63,613 nt of DNA, filler included, from Octopus bimaculoides (GCF_001194135.2; 6 parts of 6 records of this genome joined end to end with filler, not necessarily neighbours in it); one strand, 5' to 3'. Positions 49,201-61,878 are shown, counted from the whole stretch's first letter. Numbers and translations: made by a program. The notes: generated from the sequence alone by a model not told the origin.

Positions 49201-49946
49201 TTTTCTCTTGTCAAAAGTAATGAAAGTGATAATAATAATAATTATCAAAATAATAAGATATTTATTTAATCAAAATGAAATTAAACAAAACAAATATCTC
49301 ATTTGTGTATTTCGAATAAAATGTATGTTATCAATGACAAACAATACTGCTTAACTTTCAGTTGATTACAGATGTAACGGAGCGATAAATTCCGTATAAA
49401 GCAGCGTGACATTTTTCGCGTGATCAACTCACCAAACAATGAATGGTATTAATATTGATGCTGACTGATATTTAATATTTCCTCTCACATTCTGTGTTCA
49501 CATACTCATACACAGATTCATACTAACCATGCTTATCTAAATATCACAATATTTATGATAATCTCTCTCTCCTCTCTCTCCTCTCTCTCCCTCTCTCTCC
49601 TCTCTCTCCCTCTCTCNNNNNNNNNNNNNNNNNNNNNNNNNNNNNNNNNNNNNNNNNNNNNNNNNNNNNNNNNNNNNNNNNNNNNNNNNNNNNNNNNNNN
49701 NNNNNNNNNNNNNNNNNNNNNNNNNNNNNNNNNNNNNNNNNNNNNNNNNNNNNNNNNNNNNNNNNNNNNNNNNNNNNNNNNNNNNNNNNNNNNNNNNNNN
49801 NNNNNNNNNNNNNNNNNNNNNNNNNNNNNNNNNNNNNNNNNNNNNNNNNNNNNNNNNNNNCCCCTCCCCCTCCCCTATCTCCCCCTCTCACACACATATG
49901 AACACATACAAGTGTGAAAACTCAGAGTAGTGAGGGACTGAACTGT

Positions 49947-50100
49947 GAGGCTTCTTTCAGTTTCCGTCTACCAAATCCACTTGCAAGGTTTTGGTAGGCC
50001 TGCGGCTATAGTAGAAGACACCCAAATGGCCATGCAGTGGGCCTGAACCTGGAACAATGTGGTTGGGAAGCAAACTTCTTAACAGACAGTCACGCTAGCA
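49947..50100 (-). mobile_element. SINE family A, 5' half
   Basis: ggcttctttcagtttccgtctaccaaatccacttgcaagg. Confidence 0.8.
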
Positions 50101-50101
50101 C

Positions 50102-50133
<32 letters not shown>

Positions 50134-50599
50134 GTATCTATCTATCTATCTATCTATCTATCTGTCTGTCCGTTAGTCTGCCTGCCTGTCCGTTAGTCTG
50201 CCTGTCTGTCTATCAGTATCTTTTGGGAGGGTCATTATGTCAATATGAAACACGCACTGATTCTATTTTACTTCTTTTATTATTTGTTGTGAACTAGTTT
50301 AATCACTCCATTAATTAAGCGATTGTTAATCAATCAAATCAGCTGGGTTTGTCAGAGTCGCTTCGTTCCATTCGTTACCTCATCAATGACATTTTCACTA
50401 TTTCAGATCTATCGCTCATGAATCTGTTGTGGCCCAGTAGCCAGGTTGGGGGAAACTCTACGAAAGATTTCAGCTGTCAAATCGGCTCCAGCATTTATCT
50501 CATGCTTAGTAATTATGTTTTTTTTTTTACCGAACCGCCAAGTAAGGAGGATGTAAATCAACTTGCACCGATTGTTAAGCAGTGGAACATGGACACACA

Positions 50600-50660
<61 letters not shown>

Positions 50661-50955
50661 NNNNNNNNNNNNNNNNNNNNNNNNNNNNNNNNNNNNNNNN
50701 NNNNNNNNNNNNNNNNNNNNNNNNNNNNNNNNNNNNNNNNNNNNNNNNNNNNNNNNNNNNNNNNNNNNNNNNNNNNNNNNNNNNNNNNNNNNNNNNNNNN
50801 NNNNNNNNNNNNNNNNNNNNNNNNNNNNNNNNNNNNNNNNNNNNNNNNNNNNNNNNNNNNNNNNNNNNNNNNNNNNNNNNNNNNNNNNNNNNNNNNNNNN
50901 NNNNNNNNNNNNNNNNNNNNNNNNNNNNNNNNNNNNNNNNNNNNNNNNNNNNNNT

Positions 50956-51300
50956 TACGTTCTGAGTTCAAATTCCGCCTAGGTCGACTTTGCCTTTCAT
51001 CCTTTCGGGTTCGATAAATTAAGTACCAGTTGCGCACTGGGGTCGATATAATCGACTTAATTTCTTTGTCTGTCCTTGTTTGTCCCCTCTATGTTTAGCC
51101 CCTTGTGGGCAATAGAGAAATAAGAAACGTTAGCATTTCGTCTGTCTTTACGTTCTGAGTTCAAATTCCGCCGAGGTCGACTTTGCCTTCACCTTTTTGG
51201 GGGAGTCGATAAATCTGGTAACAGTTGCGTACTGGATCGATCTAATCGATTGGCCCCCTCCCCCTAAATTTCGGGCCTTGTGCCTAGAGTAGAAAATAAT
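50956..51300 (+). mobile_element. Two tandem SINE family B copies (B1 tail, then B2 tail)
   Basis: Near-identical cores at 50960 and 51155 with different 3' ends. Confidence 0.9.
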
Positions 51301-51556
51301 ATAGTCACAAAACAAGTTGCACGGCGAGGTGATGCCTGAGGAGGTGAAATATTTGTTGCAGCTGTAGCGTAGGAGTATTAACAGTAGTGAGAGAGAGAGA
51401 GGGAGAGAGAGAAATTTTGTAGAAGGCATCGTGAAACTCCTTTGTGTAACCGAGCAACGGTCAGTGAGTATCATTTCTTTGAGATTAATAATAATGCTAA
51501 CGATATATGTTTATCAAAATAACAATAAAAAGAGACTATAATATGTGTGTATATGT

Positions 51557-51588
<32 letters not shown>

Positions 51589-52337
51589 ACACACATACAC
51601 ACACAAACATATACACATATGCCATTTTCCATAACTAAAATTACTCAAATACAATGCAATTGTTTTTGTCCCAGCATGAGTTGTCAGATCAAAACATTTC
51701 CCATACAATTACATCACGGATATACGAATATATATNNNNNNNNNNNNNNNNNNNNNNNNNNNNNNNNNNNNNNNNNNNNNNNNNNNNNNNNNNNNNNNNN
51801 NNNNNNNNNNNNNNNNNNNNNNNNNNNNNNNNNNNNNNNNNNNNNNNNNNNNNNNNNNNNNNNNNNNNNNNNNNNNNNNNNNNNNNNNNNNNNNNNNNNN
51901 NNNNNNNNNNNNNNNNNNNNNNNNNNNNNNNNNNNNNNNNNNNNNNNNNNNNNNNNNNNNNNNNNNNNNNNNNNNNNNNNNNNNNNNNNNNNNNNNNNNN
52001 NNNNNNNNNNNNNNNNNNNNNNNNNNNNNNNNNNNNNNNNNNNNNNNNNNNNNNNNNNNNNNNNNNNNNNNNNNNNNNNNNNNNNNNNNNNNNNNNNNNN
52101 NNNNNNNNNNNNNNNNNNNNNNNNNNNNNNNNNNNNNNNNNNNNNNNNNNNNNNNNNNNNNNNNNNNNNNNNNNNNNNNNNNNAAAAAAAAAAAAAAAAA
52201 AAAAAATGATAGCATTGTATTTGCGGTTGGGTCCCTTTGTAGTTGCAGGTGGATCTCCTTAATCTCCTGGCAACCAATATTTTTAGACCCAGTTCGCCAC
52301 TGACTACTACTACTACTACCACCATCACCATCACCAT

Positions 52338-52390
<53 letters not shown>

Positions 52391-53180
52391 AGTCTTTTCA
52401 GCTCTTAAAAACCTGATTGATAATTATTAAAAAAAAGAAAGTACGAGGGCCACTACTTAGTTGTTAAGTTCAGTGTTTCATTAAGCGTGTTCTGTCATCT
52501 TACTGATTAGTCTTAATGTAGACACAAAGGCTGTGAAATATACACCGAGATACACTTGTTGGACAAAATAACCATAACTAGAAAGAAAGAAGAGAAGAGA
52601 GAAAGAAATAAAAAAAACGAAAGGGAAACAAAAAAAGAAAGAACGAGAAGAGTTAAAAGTTATTCAAAAGAAAGCAGACGACATCAACAGACTGGAATGA
52701 AGTATTTCAATTATGAGTTTCTAGCTTCAGTCAATGGTTTTCCTTCATTAACCTGTCACATTTCTGTCCTTCAATAAAATTATTTCGAACGTATTTCTAA
52801 AGAAATGTTTCTCTTGAAAGAATCTGGCTCAAAAATAAGAAAGGCTACAGTAATAAATAAACAACAGCAGTAGTAATGACAAAAAAATTTTTTTTTTTTA
52901 AATGGAGAAAACAAAACAAATAAAAAAAAACAAAAACAAGAACGAAAGAAAAAAAATAACAATACGTGAATAAAAAAAATGAGAGTAAATTAATAAAGAA
53001 AAAAAAATAGAATAAAATATTTATCACAGACGTATAATTACAATCATAGACATAAATTCACACAATCTTATAATTACACACACACACACACACACACATC
53101 TACACTGACTGATATGATCTCCGACATATAACATGGGTGCGTTATTACACATATACATACTGACATAGTCTCTGATATCC

Positions 53181-53244
<64 letters not shown>

Positions 53245-54613
53245 ACATATTGCTATAGCGCCCCACTCGATTCCTTACCTGTACCAATATACATCAAGAC
53301 AAAACGGAACAAAAGAAAGCAACAACAACAACAACAAAGCCAAAACGTCAACAAAAAGCAAACAAAGAAAAAACGAAAAAAATGAAAATGCAGTAAACAA
53401 CAACAGCAGCAGCAACAGCAGCAGCAACAGCAGCAGCAACAATAATAATTGTAACTACGGCAGCAGCAGCGACAGTATTGAATTATAGCGACTCTCTTGT
53501 TGAAGTTTTCAATCACGTGGTATCATAGTTGTTTCATGTTTCTTTTTTCTTCCGATACAGTAAGGCCCCAGAGACAAGAGGATCGTCTACTTCGACAGAC
53601 AGCAATGCTAATGTAATTGTTTACTTTAAGAGTTGTGTTTTTGTTGCCAGTAAGACGTCGGAGTAGTTTGAAAGCTTTTCACGGGTTCATGTCCAAAAGA
53701 AACTAGTTAGATTAAGTAAAAGATTCTACTTACCGACCTTTTCAAACGTCATTTTGTAATTTTGTAAGAAAGAAAGAGAGATAGAATGAATGAATAAAAG
53801 AAACGGAAAGAAAAAACGAAAAACGATAAACAATTACGAGAATGGAACTGTCTTGTAAGTTTTAGCAGAACTAACTCATTTTACATAGAGCATGACTGAA
53901 TGAAGAAGTGTACGGGAAGGAGTATATATATATCGAAAATGGGAAGAATATTTCTGACAAGATTATTGTCGATGATAGTATCACGCCGTTGATGCGAATG
54001 AACTGAATTGAACTGACTGATTAAAACGGATGAATAAATATACTGATGTGACAAATAAAAGTTATCACAGCGGTATTGTGTGAAAAGATCCCTTACAAAG
54101 ATGGTGAAGAGATCATTGATTTAGTTCGTGACATGCTCAATTGTGTGCAAGAGAGTTAACGACAAGGATAATAGGATAATTCAGTTGATAATAAAAGAGG
54201 CGAAAAAGATTTGTCACTGATAGAAGGTTAATATCATAAGATTTACTAAGGAATCACAAGAATATTTTAATTAGAAATTGCATGATGTCAAGTAGAGATG
54301 CTCAATCGTAGTAGAAAATTGAGTTAAGCTTGCAGCTATTCCGAAATCGCGGATCCTGTTTCAATTCCCCGATAGGAATTTACTTTTTTTTTTTTGTCTT
54401 TTCGAATATTATATTTCCCGTACATCAATAATGTTGTTAGGAAACATAAACGCTCACGTGAAATCCTGTCATCACCTTTAATAAATGACAATAATTTCAT
54501 GCTTCATGCCGAAACAATGAAGAGTTTGTATATTACAGATTTGAGACGAAATCTCAGTGGAACGTATATCTTTTTTTTTATCTTTTATCTTTTATTTATT
54601 TCAGTTATTAACT

Positions 54614-54713
54614 NNNNNNNNNNNNNNNNNNNNNNNNNNNNNNNNNNNNNNNNNNNNTTAATTAATTAANNNNNNNNNNNNNNNNNNNNNNNNNNNNNNN
54701 NNNNNNNNNNNNN
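54614..54713. other. Artificial scaffold-join linker
   Basis: 44 N + TTAATTAATTAA (54658-54669) + 44 N. Confidence 0.97.
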
Positions 54714-55084
54714 TGTGTGTGTGTGTGTGTGTATTAATCCTTTGCCAAATCTCAAGAGACGAGGGCTTATTTTCAATTTCTGTAATTCGACGACTTTACA
54801 ACAGATGAAAGATAAATCTCTACTTGGAATATGGCTCCTAATCCTACGCGGGAAAGTTATGGAGGCAGTAACTGTAACTGAACAGAACACACCTGATACC
54901 CCAGCACACTAAATTGTGAGACAAGCAACAAAATAGTCCCGCACAGACTCAACTATATACCCGAAACGTTATGATAGCAATTTATGCCGCCACTGTTGGT
55001 GTTTGTGTACTAGTTGTCGCTGTTGTGGTGTTGGTAGTAGTGGAACATTCTTTCAGCAGTCACTTTCTGTTGCTGTTGTTGTTG

Positions 55085-55215
55085 GGGCAAAAGCCTTTTA
55101 GGTGATCGGTTGTACCACTGCTGTGGCATCTAGGTCATCTACCGCTGATTTCCACTTGCAGTTGCTACCCTCTTAGGATTTTTATTTGGTCGGGGATCCT
55201 ATCCAGCATCTCAGG
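55085..55215 (-). mobile_element. RTE LINE extreme C-terminal fragment
   Basis: Minus strand NCKWKSAVDDLDATAVVQPIT* followed by a (CAA)n-like tail. Confidence 0.45.
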
Positions 55216-55431
55216 TTTCACCTGAATCAAGATCTTCAACCCTATCTCAAACCAATTTTCTTCTCTCACTCTCTTTCTCTCTCTCTCCCTGCCTCTCTCT
55301 CTCTCTCTCACAAAATAGGCTGTGGTCAGAGGTGCGGAACGATGGGATCTACTTGGTTTAGGTCACAACAGGAATAATCTGAAGTTGAAGGACCAGAATA
55401 TGTATATTTTTTGTTTTTCTATATATATCTC

Positions 55432-55538
<107 letters not shown>

Positions 55539-55559
55539 ACATATATATATACTCGTGAT

Positions 55560-55700
55560 TTGCAGCCTGGCGGTGTACTGTGCCCTTGAGCAAGACACTT
55601 CATTTCCCATTGCTCCAGTCCATTCTGTTATAAATGCCTAATCAAACGACGGATTGGCGTCCGGATCAGGACTAATGGTGACCATCCGCCTAGCAAACGG
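55560..55700 (+). mobile_element. SINE family C, core fragment
   Basis: tgtgcccttgagcaagacacttcatttcccattgctccagtcc. Confidence 0.7.
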
Positions 55701-55774
55701 GGTGACATTCGAAAGCTACTGTCACTGTGAGGAAGCACATTCTGACCAGCGGTGTATGAGACCATCCGATGGTT

Positions 55775-55863
55775 GTACAGTTCTATATTTAAGAGATGAA
55801 TAATTCTGTACATTATTCAACAAACAAGATGAGGACAAATATCCATCGAATGTAAATAATGTA
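55775..55863. mobile_element. Fold-back deletion remnant of the 5.3-5.8 kb PLE-type repeat
   Basis: 55775-55817 is the reverse complement of about 5815-5858; 55818-55863 is a direct match to 5771-5824. Confidence 0.75.
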
Positions 55864-55887
55864 TCCAATAGTTGGTTGATGCAGCAA

Positions 55888-55945
<58 letters not shown>

Positions 55946-56001
55946 GCGCAACTAGTCATTAAATATCATAACAGGGGATATCATAGGATACTTTCTGATC
56001 T

Positions 56002-56049
56002 CTGCTGCTGAAGAGGAAATAACAACTCCGAAATACGTGTATCCCACAG
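56002..56049 (+). ncRNA. Type I hammerhead ribozyme motif
   Basis: CUGCUG-CUGAAGA-GGA(aauaacaac)UCC-GAAA-UA-CGUG-UA-U-C-CCACAG; intact core, 3-bp stems II and III, AUC cleavage triplet (C56043), stem I with 4 of 6 pairs. Confidence 0.6.
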
Positions 56050-57019
56050 TAAGGTTAGGTGGGCCTGTGAGCTGACTTGGTGTATTTACACCTACTTGCC
56101 AACAGTGAGAAATTTTCTGTGACGAAATTCAGTCAGAAATGGTTTTCTTACGATTTTGAATATTCCTCAAGCATATAAGAACCGGTAACTCGTTCGTGTG
56201 TGCGTGTGTGTGTAGTGGGGGTGTATATGTGCGTGCGTGTCTGTGTGTGTGCGTGTATACGTGCGTGTGTGTGCGTGCGTGTAGTTTTGTCCAATGGATA
56301 TGAATATGGAATTTATCTACACAAAATGAAATTCACAGAACCCATCTAAAATATTGGCGAATGGGGCGACTTGTTACATATGGTAGTTCCATTCCACGTC
56401 GGCATAACCAATGAATCAGATTTGACCTGCCGGCTTCCGTCTTTGCTATGATGTCACACGTGCAATCTTTCTTCTTCGGGTTCAGTTGTAATTCCAATAC
56501 AAAACTTTGAATTGCAATTCAACGATGCCAGTTTGAGAGCGATGAATGCCAGGTCATACATCTGAACAGAAGGAAATTATAGGTTTTCCTAACACGAACC
56601 ATCGATAAAACTATTCTTCTACTTATCGTCTGCTATTGATCATTTTATATTTTCTCAATGTTTCAACACAACTAAATTGGAAACATCCTATCTCAATATA
56701 TCAACGCTTTCTATAGATATAAGGTTAATGTTTCTAACTAGGCGCGGGTGTGGCTGAGTGATGAGAAGTTTGCTTCGTAAGTGCATAGTTCCGGGTTCAG
56801 TCTCACTGCGTGGTATCCATGTCCAAAAATGTTTACAAACACGATCTTATTGTTTTTCTTTTTAATTTATTTTTGTTCTTTGTTCTTTGAAAAGAAATCT
56901 AACTTTGAGTTACTTTTTACTGATCACTTTTTATTCACAGTTTTCCAAACCCGATAAAAGTAAGTAGGGGTGTTTGATTTTGCACCCCACAAAATTCTAG
57001 AGGGTGCACTTGCACCCCC

Positions 57020-57385
57020 TGCAAGGCCAGCAGTTTTTAGGTAGATGGCTAATTTCATCGATTCCAGCACTTTATTTTATCGCCTCCGAAAAGATAAAAT
57101 TTTGATTTCGGCGTGATTCGAGCTCAGAGCTTGAAGAGCCGCAAGAAAAGCTGCTAAGCATTTTGTCCTGATTCGTTGACTATTCTGCCAATTCGCCATC
57201 TTCCCTATACTGTAAATTCCTATCTATTATAGGAACAAGGACCGTAATTTTGAGGGGTTGAGAATCGATTACTTATTTTATAGACTTCGAAAGGATGAAA
57301 GGTAAAGTGGACCTCGGTGGAGTTTGAACTCGGAACGTAAAGACGAACAAAATGCTGCTAGGCATTTCCCCCCGGTTCTATCAGC
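57020..57385 (-). mobile_element. Two SINE family B copies
   Basis: gaaaggatgaaaggtaaagtggacctcggtggagtttgaactcggaacg. Confidence 0.8.
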
Positions 57386-57410
57386 TCACCACCTTTCTTT
57401 GTACTACTCT

Positions 57411-57824
57411 CTCTTTTACTCTTTTACTTGTTTCAGTCATTTGACTGTGACCATGCTGGAGCACCGCCTTTAGTTGACCAAATCGACCCCAAGACTTATT
57501 TTTTGTAAGCCTAGTACTTATTCTATCTGTCTCTTTTTGCCGAACCGCTAGATTACGGGGATGCAAACACACCAGCATCGGTTGTCAAGCGATGTTGGGG
57601 GGACAAACAGAAACACAAATACACACATATATATATATATACATATACATATACAAATATACGACGGGCTTCTTTCAGTTTCCGTCTACCAAATCCACTC
57701 ACAAGGCTTTGGTCGGCCCAAGGCTATAGTAGAAGACACTTGCCCAAGGTGCCACGCAGTGGGACTGAACTCAGAACCATGTGGTTGGTAAGCAAGCTAC
57801 TTACCACACAGCCACTCCTGCGCC
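57411..57824 (-). mobile_element. SINE family A, full-length young copy
   Basis: Colinear with 10978-11381. Confidence 0.9.
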
Positions 57825-58856
57825 TATATTATTGTAAATTAAAAGACAAAATGTTGGTTCCAAGTGATCGATCAACAACATAATAGACGTCGCTTAGCCA
57901 TTAACAAAACCTCTTGGAAAAGTGTATGAAAATATTTAAACCTTGTCTCTATGCTTAACTTCCTTTCAAAAATTTTCAAATCAAAATCGAGATGAGTCGT
58001 CAAAGTCGTGAAATCTCGACGCCGAGAAATATAATTCAAATAAATATGCAAAAACTTATTTGATTGCGATGTTTGTTCTAAAGTATTCATTTTTTTACCG
58101 TTCCAGCACATTTTAGCGAATCAATAATCTTCTGTGACTCTTAAATGATACTGAAATTAAAAAGACAGAATTTTCCAAAATTTTTAATAGCAATTATATT
58201 TGCTGTATTTCTTGAGGAAATAATCTTCAATTTTGTTTGCAATTAATTTTCATATTTCAGCCTCTATGCCTACAGCTTTATTATCTATTAAAGAACATTA
58301 TGTAATTATCAACTACTTGAGAAATAAACGATCGTATAAAAACAAAAAATACCAACTTTTTCAAGTGAAACTTCGTAAAGGACCAGTTTTTGTCGTTTGC
58401 CTGTCAATGTGTAGATCCTTTGCAAACACTCTAACACACGTAGATTACTTCCCCTTGCATCGCTCTCTAATTAACCTCCGCTTTAATCTTTCTTCTCGGC
58501 AACACGTATTTTCGTCTCCTCTATACAATTACTTCACGGTACAGTTACCTCCTTGCGTTCCTTCTCATGGATCTTACTCACCAATTGTTAAATGTTTCCT
58601 GCATCTCACCGCAACATTGGATATCATCCTGCATTGTACTACCGTGAGTTTCGCTCACTGACTTTACGCAGGAACTTCACAACTTCTACTTTAGATTCCA
58701 TTAACGCTTTCACCTCTGTCACCAGGTTCCTTTCACTGCGCGTAAAATAACATTTTCTCCATATGTTTATACAATCAATTTTTTTACACAACAAACTACC
58801 TTTTTATCTCTTCCCAATTCTTCCACCATTGAACAACCGCATTCCTACCCGGCCCC

Positions 58857-58930
58857 TTCTTCTTCTTCTTCTTCTTCTTCTTCTTCTTCTTCTTCTTCTT
58901 CTTCTTCTTCTTCTTCTTCTTCTTCTTCCT
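58857..58930. repeat. (CTT)n microsatellite
   Basis: Directly visible; explains the poly-L and poly-K ORFs. Confidence 0.95.
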
Positions 58931-59149
58931 TTCTACCACCATTCCTTCTTTTTCGCTTTTCTGACAAAGGATGAGCATCCGAAACGTGAAAACACTTTCC
59001 TTTTTCTTTTCAAGCGTTAGACTAATAACGCTTTTATGATGAAAGTTCCTCTCTTGCTTTCTTTCTTTTTTTTTTCATGGTTTTGCTCATTCATGATGAT
59101 GATGATGATCATCATCATCATCGTCATCATCATCATCATCGTCATCTAT

Positions 59150-59400
59150 ATATTATCTTTTACTTGTTTCAATCATTGGATTGCAACCATGGTGGCGCAC
59201 CGCCTTGAAGATACCTTGTTCATTTGTTTTCATAAGTTTGACGAAGATGTAATCAAACTAACACCAGTTGTCAAGCGGTAGACAGCACAAACACACAAAC
59301 AGGTACACACATACACGGCAAACTTCCTCACAATTTTTTTCTACCAAATCGATCCGAAGCTATAATTAGAAGACACATGCCCAGGGGGCCGCACAGTGGT
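59150..59400 (-). mobile_element. Old SINE family A copy
   Basis: ttttacttgtttcaatcattggattgcaaccatggtggcgcaccgcctt. Confidence 0.65.
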
Positions 59401-59839
59401 ACGATCGATTATCATGTCTGAGAAAAGACACGATGGTCACGACTAGAACGCTTAGAACGGTCGATCGAAACTGATCTAAGATTGAACTATAACAGCATCG
59501 ATAACAACAGTGATGACCACAGAGAATCGTATCGATCTGTTATGGTTTTGTGCTACTAAGCAGCTGTGTGTGTGTATGTGTGTGTGTGTGTGTGTGTGTT
59601 TTGAGTCCGGTGGTGCGTGTTCGTAAAGTGTGAATGTATTTGTCGATTTGTGTAACGCGTTGAAGTGGGTATATAGTTACTTTCTACAACAATGGAACCG
59701 TTCCCTTGAGGAGAATGACTCAATGCTTTCAAACGATACTATCAAATTATATGACTCCATTTACTTTAATAACTTCAGTCAGAACACCTTGATTTTCTGG
59801 AATAGCTTCAATTAGGAGAAGAACCCTAGTTGCCTAGGT

Positions 59840-59967
59840 GTTATGCTAAATACATACACACAAACACACGTTCATACGTTTATATGTTCACACACGCATT
59901 CATACGCACGCAATCATTCGCGTACATTACATTCTCACGTGCTCACATACACAAGTACACACATACT

Positions 59968-60018
<51 letters not shown>

Positions 60019-60710
60019 ACTCTCTCTCACACACACACACATACACAAACACACATGTACATGTTCACACAGATTAACATACACACATACACATACACAC
60101 AATCATTCGTATACATTACATACTCATATGCTCACATACACACGTACACACACACATTTATACTCACACACTCACACACACACACATACAAACATACATG
60201 TACATGTTCCCACACACAATCACTCGCATACATATACACATTCAGGTGCGCACAGACGCACATACTCACACATACTTTTAATCTACTCACACACACACAA
60301 AACATAAACACATACACGTACATGCGCACGTACACACTCTCTCTCTCTCTCACGCATATGTACACATATACACAGATACACACACATACGCACACATGCA
60401 CGCACACGCGCGTGCACATACACATACACACTCACGCACACACAGACACAAATGCACACACACGCGAGCGCACACACACATACGCACACACACACACATA
60501 TACACATACACACACACACACGCACACATGCGCGCACACACACACACTCGCACACACACATGCACGNNNNNNNNNNTATTATATATATATATACACACAC
60601 ACACATACACACACATACACTCACACACACATACACTCACACACACACACACACACACTCACACACACATATACACGACATACACACGCACTTTCTCTGA
60701 CACACACACG
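59840..60710. repeat. Degenerate (CA)-rich low-complexity block with an internal ~190-bp-spaced duplication
   Basis: caatcattcg..tacattaca..ctca..tgctcacataca recurs at about 59910 and 60100; explains ORF 59830-60741. Confidence 0.9.
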
Positions 60711-60974
60711 CACACAACTTCTTGCCATTGGTCAACAGTGATATGGCTGCAACGGTCTGGACGAATATTTACCGATCTTCTCATTACTGATGGCCTTTTC
60801 ATTAGGAACTTATCAGATTCGATCACTTGGTATTTAACCCCGAAGTTCCAGCTAATCGAACAGACCAAAGTTCAAAGGTCTTCTAACTGTGGCCATCACG
60901 TCCTCTATTCATACATCGCTTGTCTAGCACCCCATAATACGAGGTGTCCTTCATTCCTTTAAGAGAGCGGGATA

Positions 60975-61200
60975 TGAACTTAAGGTGCGTCGCCTATTGG
61001 GTAGGCTGTCGCACTTGCGATCGCATTGTCGTAGTTTCGATTCCCGGATCGGACGGTGCGTTGTGTTTTTCAGCAAAACGCTTTCGTTTCACTACTCCGG
61101 TTCACTTCGCTGTAAATGAGTTTAACCCTGATATGGACCGGCGTCCAGTCCAGGGAGGCGCGTTGTGATCTCGTTTACTTATATGGCATAGAACCCGGGA
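60975..61200 (+). mobile_element. Degenerate SINE family C
   Basis: tRNA-like head with gtttcgattcccgg, then gcgttgtgtttttcagcaaaacgctt. Confidence 0.65.
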
Positions 61201-61336
61201 CAGTATTATCCAAGGGTTGATGATGACGATGATGATGATGATGATGATGGCAGTGGTGGTGGTGGTGATGATATGATTTGAGAAAGATTTGACTGCTACT
61301 TCTCGCAGGTTGAGAGAACCCGTCGAGCACTCTCAA

Positions 61337-61535
61337 CAAGGGGGTGCTGAACAGTTCCTGACTTTAAAGGTGCCATGAACGTCCAGGCTGGAGGCCCTAC
61401 CCCCCGAGTTCATTTACAGGGCTTAGAAAAACTGAAGGACCGCTGCGATAAGTGTGTGAATCTGAGAGGGGAATATGTTGAATAAAATCCTAACTGATCC
61501 TTCTGTGTTTTCATTTACCCTTGTAACTTTTCAGG
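61337..61535 (+). mobile_element. Internally deleted mariner derivative (TIR plus C-terminus)
   Basis: TIR-like aagggggtgctgaacagttcctg, then LQGLEKLKDRCDKCVNLRGEYVE* (61414-61485), a typical mariner C-terminus. Confidence 0.8.
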
Positions 61536-61764
61536 AAGTTGCCTATTTCCCCTCCTCCTCTTCCCTAGAACTTTCCAGGATGTTTCCTAGTCCGCGTCCT
61601 CGTCTTCCTCCCCTTCTAGTGAATTTTCCAGGAAGTAACTTATTTCCCCTCCTCCCCTTAGATCTTTCCAGGATGTTGCCCATTTCACTCCTCTTATATA
61701 TATTATATATATATATATATATGTATATTATATATATGTATATATATTATATATGTATGTATAT

Positions 61765-61878
61765 AGGCGACACCAAATAGTGGGCGCCGACTAGCCGGCG
61801 CCAAATAGTCATCGCCAAATAGGGTGTGCCAAATTGGCGGCACCCAAAACAGCTGTGCCCAAACGTCTCATGCCCAAC
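61765..61878. repeat. GC-rich 14-15-bp degenerate tandem array (about 8 units, gcgccaaatag core)
   Basis: Directly visible. Confidence 0.75.

Noticed and set aside
53395-53490. CAG/CAA tract suggesting a polyQ or poly-Ser exon
   Set aside because: Immediate stops in the Gln frame, no splice context, and embedded in simple-repeat-rich DNA
58233-58780. 142-aa ORF and a strong minus-strand TTG|GTGAGT donor near 58580
   Set aside because: No recognisable domain; upstream frames are closed; the strand skew suggests an old retroelement
59830-60962. 303-aa and 188-aa His/Thr-rich ORFs and similar poly-C/V/Y/I/L ORFs throughout the window
   Set aside because: Translations of (CA)n, (TA)n, (ATT)n and (CTT)n tracts with no coding signal
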